Of a stretch of DNA of 64,000 nucleotides, positions 41,831 to 53,789 are shown in pieces. Position 1 is the stretch's first letter. The number at the start of each line of letters is the position of its first letter. The DNA lies in the NCBI GenBank assembly GCA_951406725.2, contig OX597823.1, positions 72,974,001-73,038,000 of the forward strand, written 5' to 3'. The notes beneath the pieces were generated by a model, which made no database searches, was not told where the DNA came from, and saw nothing but the letters and a program-made list of their open reading frames with translations. The translations under genes were made by a program, and so were the position numbers. The DNA is from Octopus vulgaris (lineage: Eukaryota).

Positions 41831-43539
41831 ATACACATGTATGCATGCATGAATGCATGTATGTATCTAAGTAGCTGTATATGTATTTATGTATACCTTC
41901 CATTAAAAGTCAATCTGAGGTTTCGCTTCAGAGATTCAGTGAAGAACAGCAGCAGCAAACGATCTTTAAAAATATTATCGTGCATAACATCTTGCTTCTG
42001 CTTCGCATTTTTATGCAATTGCAATGCATTGTGCGATATTGTGCGGCAAAACAAAACCTGTTTTATATGTTGTCTCAATTAATATTTTATGATCTACTCC
42101 TGAGTTGACTGTAAAATGACTTAAACTCTCAAAGCCTTTCTTTGTTTATGTGAAACGTGTGGGACTGTGTGCAAGTAGCTGTGCTAATGAATATGATCTT
42201 TCCTACATCACAAGAATCTACCATAGTTATATTTAAGACTGTAATTTACTAGTAATCTCTGTAGAGAACTCGACAGGGACCTGCTTTAAGCAAAGTGCAA
42301 TGTCCTAATTATCAATATTTCAGAAAAGCTCCGGTCTCTTTATACTATAGTAGTGAGAGTGTGCGGCAGGATAGAGGTGATTGTAACACCCTAAGGACAA
42401 ATATAGTCTGCCAATAGAGTACCGATATTATTTCACCAATTATGCCTTATATCAACGCAACGGTCTGCATCCTCACCCACCACTATAGCGATAAATTTTG
42501 GTTGACTTATATTTGTCAAGCAAATACAGATGGGTGAAATATAAATTAAGAACGAATATTAAACAAAAGAAAGTAAAATTGCTATTTATGAAACATTGCT
42601 TGGAACAAGAGAACGCAACTGGTCCTTTCCAGCTTTATACCTGATTAGATAAAGACTACCTGTTGCACAAATTTGAAGAATGTTAAGAGAAGTATTTTGT
42701 CAGTAATCTTTTGTAAATATGCAGAGTGAAGTTCATGCATATTCGAGGAGAAAGTAAAGAAAAAAGAAGCATTGTGCATAAGCCAAATGGGAAGATTAGC
42801 CAATGGGGTTATTCAGCTCTAATTAGCTCGTGGTGGGACGATTTGTTTTGTTTGATGACATCTTATAATGCTTCGATTGTAAGTACGACGAGCACCTTTT
42901 GGTGCACTCTACTTGATGTATGACTAAAATATATACACTCATGTTAACGCTGAGGATACTGTTTTTGCAAGGAAGGTTCTGAATGGGCTAGTTGTTTAAC
43001 CAGCTTGCTTTTACAACAAAGGGTAAGAATGCTGTATTGTTACTCAGATCACATAAATGGGCATTTAAACATCTCAGCAACTTATGGACCAAGCTGCCTG
43101 ACGTCACACAAATTCAGATCGAAAACCTAATCAACATCGCTAGGGCCGACATCCATAGCGGCGAAACCTCCTTGCCTGGTATAGTACCATGTTCAATCCA
43201 AAGAAACAGCACATTTCCCACCTGCGAAACTCACAAGAGATAGAATTTTGAACTCACATTTACAATATGAAAATTACAGACTGAAATATTAATAATGTGC
43301 ATGTCAAAGCACTATCCATATTAGACAACAATCCAACCTTGTATATTGAATGTCCGACATGAACTGATCGATCAAACTAGCAACATCAGTTTGTCACATA
43401 CAAAGCCATGTGTCATTTACCCTATCTATTGACGACAAACTTCTGATAAAAGAGTAAGAAATATTATCGAACAAATGTACACTAAAGCGAATAGGTCTAA
43501 TGGTGTTCTTCATCACCGCAACAATACAGAGGGAAAAGC

Positions 43540-44200
43540 TAACTTCAGTTACATAGATATAACGGAAGAGGAAATAATATTAGTCTCCGATGAGATGAAG
43601 TTGAACTCAAGAACAGACCCTGATTGTTTTCCAGCGATTTTCTTAAAGAAATGCAAAACGGCTCTGGTAAGACGATTACTGGTTACATTATTTCTAACGA
43701 GAAAAAGAAAATCATTTTCTTCCTCTAAGGAACAATTACTGTAACTCCCCTTAACGACTGCTTCTACTTGTGTTCATCTAAAAACGTCAAACAACCCACG
43801 GAGCTCGAAGCAGTCCACTGTTGTTACATCAAGTAGATTGCTTCAGTGTAAAGGGAGAGCTATTGGGAAAGGTTAAAGGACTAAGGCCCTCCTCTCTAAC
43901 ATGAGCCTAACTCATATATTTTTCACGTGCCAAGTAAGTATCTAGCGCCTTATTTGGGAATTGAAAGATATTAACCCACCATAGGGATGTCACTGTATAG
44001 CACCACAGGCTTCATATTTTTCATGTACATTAGGGATCCAATACAATAATATCAGGTTTCAAAGTCTACTGATTTACAATTCTTTGCCAAAACACAAATA
44101 ATCTTAGCAATATACGAGGTACAAAGGTAAAGGTATACAAAAAAATAAAATATACAAATCTTTATCTGAGGAACCCGTTGAAAGCATTTCATGGCAAAAC
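43540..44200 (+). pseudogene. Decayed CR1/L2-like LINE ORF2 fragments
   Basis: IDITEEEIILVSDEMKLNSRTDPDCFPAIFLKKCKTALVRRL (pre-RT 'GPDG' region) and SYWERLK (C-terminal region), with a large deletion between them. Confidence 0.55.
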
Positions 44201-44518
44201 CGGTAGATGAAAGCACAGTTGCCCAGGTAACATATTCCCCAATACCAAAGATGGAGATGAATCGTGGAATACAACTGCAATAAACTAATCTAAGGATCAC
44301 ACCATTGTCAGTGCCCCGGAATAACCAGAATCTCTGGCTTGAACAAGTAGAATTAAAATAAAGAAACACACACACACACGCAAACACACACACATACATG
44401 CATGCGGGCATACACACACGCGCATATGCTGTGTGTATGCATGTCATATATCTATCTATCTATCTATCTATTTACATATTTATATATATTTACATAGGTA
44501 TAGATATAGATATTGATA

Positions 44519-44555
<37 letters not shown>

Positions 44556-45900
44556 GTGTGTGTGTATACATGCGCGCGAGCGCGTGTGTGTTGCTTTCTC
44601 ATGTGAATACAAATTTAGTCATGGTGAATGATGTACTAATGCTTTTCACAGATCACAGGGGGAAACGCAGCATATTTATTGGTTTCCATAGAAACGGCAT
44701 CTCATTGACAACCACATGTTTCTGCATCAAGAGATATCTGATTCGTCGCGTTCGCATATAATTGAACATATCTCTTCACTGACGACACTAAATATTTCCA
44801 TAAAACAGTTATTGCTGCCATATTACCATTATTGTAATTTCCTAATACTCACTTATTTATCATCCATTCTGTTTCCATGGTGATAATTAATCCGCAGCTT
44901 TTGTAAATATGAAACACACGCACGCGTAACCTGCTTCTCTGCAGACGCCCACATTGAAATTCACACCCAAATACTGAATTATGCTCTCAATTACAATGGC
45001 ATACACACAAATACACATATGAATGCATCCGTACATCTAATCAAGATCTCGACTCTAATTAACATTTTCCATTTGTGTATTATTGCTTTTTTTTTTAATT
45101 TTGTCTATTTATATTTTCGTCTGATTTTCATTCTTATTTTATTTTAAATTATGTACTGTCTAAACCAAATGTATTTGTTATCAAAAAGATGTTTTATCAA
45201 TGTTCACATAACTTTTCTCTGGCATTATTCTGCGTACATCTGCCTTTTCTCTTTTGTGCATGTTTGATGTACTATATATTACTATGTTTCCTGAGCTGCT
45301 GTCATCTTGTGTGAATGATACGTCTCTAAACTAAATTTAACGGGGATTATACAGTTGTTTTTTGTAATCATTCATATTTTTTTTATTTGATGTCGGGGTT
45401 GGTTGTTATTGAACAATATTAGTATTAGCAGACTTTATAGCTAACATTCCATAATTTATTACGGGTTGCCTCCTGATGACAAAGTTGTTAAATGAATAAG
45501 CCAATCCACATGGAGACTTATCTGTCAGTTATTATTTATAACTTGGCTTTAAGAGTGAATTGGCAAGCCTTGCACAAATTTGTTACAGAGAAAAGATTGA
45601 GAACGATTCCCAGGGGTAGATTCCAGTTATTGGAAATTGTGTTTCCGACAAATCCCTGTGTATTTTTGTCGTCTAGACTTCAATATTGTATCAAGGGGAA
45701 AATCATAATTGATTGCACCTTGCCTGGTACTATTTAACTGCTATTATTTTTAACCATGATAAAAATATGGGAGCGTCTTCTCATAATTTACATTCAAAAG
45801 AGTGAAGTCATAAAGTAGAATATACAGTATTTGAAGTAACACTGCGGATCGCAGTCAAAGCTTCTGGCACACAACTTTTTATAAGGATTAACGCTGGTCC

Positions 45901-46545
45901 ATCATTTGTCCAACGCCCGATCACTAGACCGTATATCTATGTAGTTGGGACGAACCTATATATCTGAATATATAGATGGTTCTACGTCTGTTTAGACGAT
46001 GGCATTCGGTATTTCGAGCAACCAAACTACATGCTGTTGGATTAACATGCCTGAGTATTCCACAGACATGGGTGTCAGTGATTTAATCCTCAAGCATAAT
46101 CCGATTTACTGTTTGCGGCCAGGCAGTACCTTTACATTTACGAGTACAATTCCTAACATGGGCTTCTATACAGTTTACGTCAAAACCTATTTCACGCAAA
46201 GGTTATGGGTCGACCCGACAGGCTACAACGTATAATATCGGTCCAAGATGTCACGCAGTGGAATCAAACCTGGAAAGCATAGGCTGCCAGGCGAGTTTCT
46301 TAACCACTTGACTACGATGCTATTACATCGAGATATATATCAGTCTATTAGATATATCATTTTGGTCCGCAAGATTATAACTTTCTTAGGATATAATCAG
46401 AGAATAAACTTATATGTTTCTTATCAGTCGTATATCGCAGAATGGACGTCCATTCTGAGTTCATAGCTGTTTATAATCTTTTCAGCGGAAACGACATATA
46501 CAGCTATAATGTTCTTACCTTGTGTAGTACTTGTTTTATTACTGA

Positions 46546-46610
<65 letters not shown>

Positions 46611-46942
46611 AAGTTAATCCAAACAAGAAAACACAAAAAAAAAACACACCAACGCGAGGACGTGGAACAAATAAAGTATCATTGGACGCTCAGGAAAGAA
46701 GGGAAGGAGGGTTTAACATTTCGAGCGGAGCTCTTCGTCAGAAACAAAGGAGAAGGAAAGATCCCGAGAAGGGAAGACAGAGGAAAAAAATTGCTGGCGC
46801 TGCTCACGAGGTCACATACATACATATATATATATGTATGTATGTGTGTGTGTGTATAGTTTAAATTTACAGAAAAACACAAGGTACAGAAAGGTATATA
46901 AACAACAAGCAGATGTATTAGTTTGACGCTCGGTAAGGTGAG
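45901..46942 (-). repeat. Inverted duplicate (left arm) of 48996-50060
   Basis: Reverse-complement match along the whole length, with a few substitutions and a different TA length. The ORF track shows mirrored identical ORFs. Confidence 0.95.
46611..46815 (-). mobile_element. Short hammerhead element family A (within the duplicated arm)
   Basis: Hammerhead motif at 46711-46745 (-), with a GAAATGTT change relative to 49193-49227. Confidence 0.8.
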
Positions 46943-47120
46943 CACACTGGACAAAATTCTTAGTGGCATTTTGTCGATATTTACGTTCTGAATCCAACAT
47001 CAAATTTACCTTTCATCCTTCAGGAACCGATCAAAATAAATACCAGTCAAGTACTGGAATCGTTATAATCGACTTACACTCCCTTTCAAATTCCAGTCTT
47101 TGTACCTATAGTAGAAATAT
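46943..47120 (+). mobile_element. Old Nin/Deu-like SINE body; its head appears to lie at ~45883-45906
   Basis: CACACTGGACAAAATTCTTAGTGGCATTT..TTACGTTCTGA..CCTTTCATCCTT..TACCAGT..AATCGACT..TAGTAGAAA. Confidence 0.7.
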
Positions 47121-48152
47121 TTAATTTAATCCGACTAAATTTCGAATTCTAATATTGGCAATATCAAGATTTTTTATTCGCAGCTGGCATGTTGATAACT
47201 TAAATACCGTATGCGTACCAAAATTTATTCAACATTTGAATGCAATCGCAAAATATAACTTTAGTTGTGTAAATGTGTGTTCATACATGAAAATTTGACA
47301 CCTTCAGATTGTATTTTGCGCTTATTTTAATATCTTAACTGTGAGCTACAGTTGTATGGGATCCTATATTTTATTCTAAACACGTTCTTCTGTTCTTTTT
47401 TGTTTTCATTCATACATTTAAATTACATATCGTCTGCTGTGCAAAACGCAATTTCTAACTCTGTGTTGCTGTGATACTTTCTTCATAAATGTAGTTGTTC
47501 CGAAAGCTAACACTACGTAACATTAAACATTCTGCTGCTCAGATGTTTAATGTTTTATATGGTATCTTTCAGTATATTGATTTCTAGTGATATTTGCTTT
47601 CAAACATATTCCATACGGCATATTTCATTAGCGTTGAATATTTCTAACTATCCGTTTACATTTAAGATGCTATCTGTCAGCGAAACTAGTGCCGACAGAA
47701 AGTGAATCAAATCTGCTTGATTTATCCCATGAAGAAATTTTTAGACAAATGTTAACGGATATTACATGCGATACACAAATATTTGACATGTTGAACTGTA
47801 AGCACAAGTTAATATATTCAATATGTTTCGATTCCATCATAAATCCATACAACCACTCACCTGTTCACATTTACAAGGGACATTACTCGTGCTTTGTATC
47901 CGGGTTTGTTTATTTTTGCTATATCTAACTCAGTATTGAAAAAAAAAACCTCTTTTCAAAACTTTAAGTAGTTTTACTATGAATGGGATGATATATATAC
48001 AACTACATACACCTATACACAGCTTTACCCATTCACATAAGAACTTACCGGCTTTTATTTTTTTCTCCTTTTCGCCCTTATATACAAAAGAAAAGTACTT
48101 AACTCTTTTCGATATTAAAGTAGAATTAATAGGAAAGTGACAATATATAGAT

Positions 48153-48598
48153 ATTTTTGTCGCCACCTAAGCATGACTGTTCCATAGGGAAGCGACATTA
48201 CTGCTATTTTAACCCCGGAAGGACGCCTGCTCCAGCTAATTATTCGATGTAATCTGCACTCTATATATATTGCGAGCAGGGGAGCGAACCACCACCAACT
48301 ACCAGTCACAAGACCACCAGACCGTACAGTTCACACCACTTTGTAGCCATCCACGGTGGTGGATACTCATCCGCTAGAGATAACAGTAGTTCAATCCTGG
48401 ATGCAATACATAGAGAACGAGTCACACTCATTCACTGGTTGAGAAAATCTCTAAAAGAGATGAAACAAGTAGTGTTTATCGTGGTATCGTGGCTGAGAAA
48501 CGGTAGATCACTCCCTTGCTTGCCTTATATACCCTGGGGTTGAAATAGTAGTAATTTCAGTTCCAGCGGAACAGCGATGTCTCAGTGGCGAAAAACAT
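48153..48598. mobile_element. MITE-like element with ~65-bp imperfect terminal inverted repeats
   Basis: Left end TTTTTGTCGCCACCTAAGCATGACTGTTCC..ATTACTGCTATTTTAACCCC vs reverse complement of right end TTTTTCGCCACTGAGACATCGCTGTTCC..ATTACTACTATTTCAACCCC. Confidence 0.7.
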
Positions 48599-48672
48599 TA
48601 CTTCTCATTATAATTACTGCCATCATCTCTTATAGTGATATTCTTAACTAGCTAACTTGTACGTATATATAT

Positions 48673-48876
48673 AGTTAATCCAAACATGAAATCACAAAGA
48701 GAAAACACAACAACGCGAGGACGTGGAACAAATATAGTATTATTGGACGCCCAGGAAGGAAGGGAAGAAGGAGGGTTTAACGTTTCGAGCGGAGCTCTTC
48801 GTCAGAAACATAGGAAAAGGAAAGATCCAGAGAAGGGAAGGGAAAAAATCGCCAACCGTACACACGCGGTCACATT
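48673..48876 (-). mobile_element. Short hammerhead element family A
   Basis: Independent diverged copy between TA-rich tracts, with an intact motif at 48775-48809. Confidence 0.82.
48775..48809 (-). ncRNA. Minimal type I hammerhead ribozyme motif
   Basis: GTTT CTGACGA A GAGC-TCC-GCTC GAA ACGT T AAAC. Confidence 0.75.
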
Positions 48877-48927
48877 TTGAATATATATATACACAAAAAT
48901 ACAAACAAACATACACACACACACACC

Positions 48928-49080
48928 TTATTCTCTATCTATTTTCCCGTGTTTCTTTCTGTTGTAGAGTGTAGGCTCGAAAAGTAAAAGACTTCCTCAC
49001 CTTACCGAGCGTCAAACTAATACATCTGCTTGTTGTTCATATACCTTTCTGTACCTTGTGTTTTTCTGTAAATTTAAACT
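48928..49080 (+). mobile_element. Short hammerhead-bearing element, family B
   Basis: 48954-48991 reads TCTTT CTGTTGT A GAGT GTAG GCTC GAAAAGT A AAAGA. Ends at ..AAATTTAAACT. Confidence 0.65.
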
Positions 49081-49318
49081 ATACACACACACACATACAT
49101 ACATATATATATATGTATGTATGTGACCTCGTGAGCAGCGCCAGCAATTTTTTTCCTCTGTCTTCCCTTCTCGGGATCTTTCCTTCTCCTTTGTTTCTGA
49201 CGAAGAGCTCCGCTCGAAACGTTAAACCCTCCTTCCCTTCTTTCCTGAGCGTCCAATGATACTTTATTTGTTCCACGTCCTCGCGTTGCTGTGTTTTTTT
49301 GTGTTTTCTTGTTTGGAT

Positions 49319-49415
<97 letters not shown>

Positions 49416-50060
49416 TCAGTAATAAAACAAGTACTACACAAGGTAAGAACATTATAGCTGTATATGCCGTTTCCGCTGAAAAGATTATAAACAGCTATGA
49501 ACTCAGAATGGACGTCCATTCTGCGATATACGACTGATAAGAAACATATAAGTTTATTCTCTGATTATATCCTAAGAAAGTTATAATCTTGCGGACCAAA
49601 ATGATATATCTAATAGACTGATATATATCTCGATGTAATAGCATCGTAGTCAAGTGGTTAAGAAACTCGCCTGGCAGCCTATGCTTTCCAGGTTTGATTC
49701 CACTGCGTGACATCTTGGACCGATATTATACGTTGTAGCCTGTCGGGTCGACCCATAACCTTTGCGTGAAATAGGTTTTGACGTAAACTGTATAGAAGCC
49801 CATGTTAGGAATTGTACTCGTAAATGTAAAGGTACTGCCTGGCCGCAAACAGTAAATCGGATTATGCTTGAGGATTAAATCACTGACACCCATGTCTGTG
49901 GAATACTCAGGCATGTTAATCCAACAGCATGTAGTTTGGTTGCTCGAAATACCGAATGCCATCGTCTAAACAGACGTAGAACCATCTATATATTCAGATA
50001 TATAGGTTCGTCCCAACTACATAGATATACGGTCTAGTGATCGGGCGTTGGACAAATGAT
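48996..50060 (+). repeat. Inverted duplicate (right arm, probable donor) of 45901-46942
   Basis: See the left arm. The family B element runs unbroken across this arm's inner boundary. Confidence 0.95.
49193..49227 (+). ncRNA. Minimal type I hammerhead ribozyme motif in family A element (49124-49323)
   Basis: GTTT CTGACGA A GAGC-TCC-GCTC GAA ACGT T AAAC: stem I GTTT/AAAC, canonical cores, palindromic ACGT. Confidence 0.75.
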
Positions 50061-50307
50061 TATAAAATCGGGAATTTTGTTCTTGGAGATAAATTTGGTT
50101 CTTGAGTCAGACACAATACATCACTCCAGCTTCCCTTTGTTCGAATATAAACGCCAGCCTATTGTTAGAGCAACCGTCTGATTTGGTACATTAAGTATAA
50201 CAGGGACGGGAAATTGCAATTATAGATTCTGCAAAGGCAATTAGTGAAAGCATCGCACAGCATATACATGTGTATTTGCGAGTAACTGCTCAGCTTTTAC
50301 ACACAAG

Positions 50308-50338
<31 letters not shown>

Positions 50339-50541
50339 ACACACACTCACACACACACTCGCTCTCTCTCTCTCGCTCTCTCCCTCTCACACACACATAC
50401 ACATACACACACACTGAAAACGTATAGACTGGATATAGAGAGAGTGAGATAATACATAACTATTACATTTGTGTACGTGTGTGTATACATACTTACATTT
50501 GTGTATCTGTGTGCGTGTATATATATATATATATATATATA

Positions 50542-50905
50542 CTCTCTCTCTTTTACTCTTTTACTTGTTTCAGCAAATCGACCCCGGGACTTATTCTTTG
50601 TAAGACCAGTACTTATTCTATCGGTCTCTTTTGCCGAACCGCTAAGTGACGGGGACGTAAACACACCAGCATCGGTTGTCAAGCAACGCTAGGGAGACAA
50701 ACACAGACACACAAACATATACACACACATACATACAAATATATATACATATATACGACGGGCTTCTTTCAGTTTCCGTCTACTAAATCCACTCACAAGG
50801 CATTGGTCGGCCCGGGGCTATAGCAGAAGACACTTGCCCAAGATGCCACGCAGTGGGACTGAACCCGGAACCATGTGGTTGGTTAGCAAGCTACTTACCA
50901 CACAG

Positions 50906-50908
<3 letters not shown>
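50542..50908 (-). mobile_element. tRNA-derived CORE-like SINE
   Basis: Near-identical to 26394-26810, with a deletion near the tail. Confidence 0.85.
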
Positions 50909-50958
<50 letters not shown>

Positions 50959-50961
<3 letters not shown>

Positions 50962-51017
50962 ACTGGTTTTATCAGAATGGGTTAAAATACCTAACCTATT
51001 CTGATAAAACCAGTAAC
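50959..51017. repeat. Near-perfect 26-bp-stem hairpin inside a short insert between (TA)n tracts
   Basis: GTTACTGGTTTTATCAGAATGGGTTA-AAATACC-TAACCTATTCTGATAAAACCAGTAAC (one G-T pair). Confidence 0.9.
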
Positions 51018-51054
51018 GTTTATAATACTGACATCCCCACATACCATGAACTAT

Positions 51055-51098
<44 letters not shown>

Positions 51099-52633
51099 CA
51101 TACATCTATATATATTTGACCAACATTATTTCGTTTTAAAGTTACTGTGTCACATTCTTTTACTTCTTTTTGTAAATAGTTCTTATCTCCCACTTGTATA
51201 TATGATACAAAATTTGATTTCTTAACATATGCTAAATGCCTCAATATATCTGAACATAAACATCTTACAGATCAGCCTGCTTCACGACATAGTTCAATCT
51301 CGTATATTTGGTATTCATCTTCCATTGTGGAAGGGAATTCTGCAAAAGAATGTTATCTATATAATTTACTTGTATCTCGTAAACTTCGTTTATATTTCTT
51401 CTTAGCGCAATAAATCAGAAATCGATGCAGCTTGCATAAAGAGTGAGCATAAAACTCTCTCATATCTCATGAATAGTCAGATCAACGATGAAGTCTTCAT
51501 CTTCGTGTAGTATGTCAAAACCCAATAATTTATACGGATTAATCTCCTCTAAATTATGATTCCCTGTTGGTCTCACTGTTGGGATGTAATGGCACAAACA
51601 GGAAAAGCAACTGAAGTGTAGCGGATATAGTACGGCAACGAGATATCATATAGAGCCACCGACACGCAGATTGCTATGTTATAGGAAATATAGGAATAGT
51701 AGCTGCATTTTGAAATAATAAAAACGAAATCAGTATAGATAGAACAGGAAATTGATATTATCGTTTTAAAAGAATCGTGTTAATGCTGGAATCCGACTGC
51801 ATTTTTTGATCGATACACATCTAAGCTATTGGATTTTTTTCTCCGTATTCAGTTTGAAGTTTGTTGAGAAAGTGCGAAACAATGTGAGGCCCTGCAATGC
51901 ATGGTATCATGGATTCATAGTTTTTTTTCTTTGAAGTGATAGTTTTTATATTGTGAGCTGAATTTGCCACCAACATTTTCCGGCTTTCACGGCTAAGATT
52001 TTAACACACGCTCTTCCAGTCCATAGATACAGATTGGTATCTAGAGTTAAAGTGTTATATTCGGTGAATCAATCCACCGGTGGAGCTATAAATAATGAAA
52101 GATTTCTTATCTATCGACAAACAGTTCCAAGGCTGATATGGACTTAAAGAAGGTAACAATAATCCAGAATGGAATATTTTTCACTCATGATCTATGATCT
52201 ATAATTCCATTATATGTTCACACATTGGAATCGCATTTTAGGTTATGCAGATAAAAGATACCAAATCATGCTCAGTTTTGTAATGTTCCTTGTCTATCTA
52301 ATCAAATATTTGCTGAAATTTTCAAGAGAGTAGTCTTAAATTCCGGTCTACATAGAGGAAACCAATGATTTTTGCATTGAGAAAATATATATGTATACAT
52401 CAAACGACGAAATATGCTTTTAACAAAGAAGACTAACATTTCCACGTTTGTCGTTTTTTATTCAGCAGCAGAAAATATAAAGATCTTGACAAAAGAGCCC
52501 AATGTTCAAATCAGAAAAAGTGGGGAAATAATGTAAAGGGCTATATGTAGAAGGGAGAGAAAGAACTCAGTATAGTATCATGTTAGTCGAGTAATACGAT
52601 GTAGGAATAGATACAATATTGAAAGGGTTCTAA

Positions 52634-53026
52634 GGCGGTGAGCTGGTAGAAACATTAGCACGCAGGGCGAAATGCCGAGAGGTATTTCGTCTGCCGTTAC
52701 GTTGGGAGTTCAAATTCCGCCGAGGTCGACTTTGCCTTTCATCCTTTCGGGGTCGATTAAATAACTACCAGTTACGCACTGGGGTCGATATAATCGACTT
52801 AATCCGTGTGCCTGTCCTTGTTTGTACCCTCTGTGTTTAGCCCCTTGTGGGTAGTAAAATAATAGATATTTCGTCTGTCTTTGCGTTCTGTGTTCGAATT
52901 CCTCTGAGGTCGACTTTGCCTTTCATCCTTTCGGGGGTCGATAAATTAAGTACCACTTGAGGTCGATCTAATCGACTGGCCACCCGCTCAAAGATTTCGG
53001 GCCTTGTGCCTAGAGTAGAAAAGAAT
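52634..53026 (+). mobile_element. Composite Nin/Deu-like SINE (full unit + headless unit with a different 3' tail)
   Basis: Unit 1 ends ..TTAATCCGTGTG..GTGGGTAGTAAA. Unit 2 restarts at TATTTCGTCTG and ends ..TTTCGGGCCTTGTGCCTAGAGTAGAAAAG. Confidence 0.88.
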
Positions 53027-53789
53027 TTTGAAAGTTTTGTTTTTATTGGCAGTTGAGTTAAAAGAGAAAAGACATGGCGGCGAAAGAATCTAGAAACTGA
53101 GAGGCCTAGAAATAACGTAATAATAATATTATAATAAGGCCAAGTACGAAGGTGTGGAAGTGAAGCGGAGTTTTAGTGGCAGGTATTGACAGAAAAATAA
53201 ATTGAAAACTTGAAGTAGAAGAAAAACATAAAATCAATAGGTTTAAAAAGCTGTGAAACTGGAATATGAAGAATAGTAAAGAGATTCGAATAAGAGAGTG
53301 CATATCTCTAAAAGAAAGAAACCGAGAAATAACTGGAAATGAATATAAAACATTAACAGTAACTTTATCTAAAAGAACTGAAATTAATTGCAAACACATC
53401 TATACGCACACAGATATACACACAGATACACACACAGACACACACATACATATACATATTGTAGTGGTCGGGATACTTGGCTTTCATCAGCTAGCATGGG
53501 ATCCAGTCCTCCGGCATAGGTATCTTTTTGGTATTGGAGTAGGAAATTTGCTTCCCCACCATATTGTGTCTCGGTTCAGTTCCACAACGTGACACTTTTT
53601 GAATCTCATTGACAAAATCTTGTTTGTGAATCTCGTTGACAAAAACTATATATATATATTCATTTATATGTTTCAGCACTAAGGCTCTGTGCATGCTGTG
53701 GGCATCATTCTGTGATGGCTTTGTACGTAGTCGTAGCTGCTTTAGTGTGTACAAAGGAACCAGAGCTAAATACAAAGTCATCCATGAGT

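Noticed and set aside
45999-46466. Duplicated 78-aa and 72-aa ORFs as a gene pair
   Set aside because: They are identical only because of the inverted duplication; they overlap a SINE relic and have no protein features
51260-52400. Possible decayed coding sequence
   Set aside because: No recognisable motif in any frame I could read
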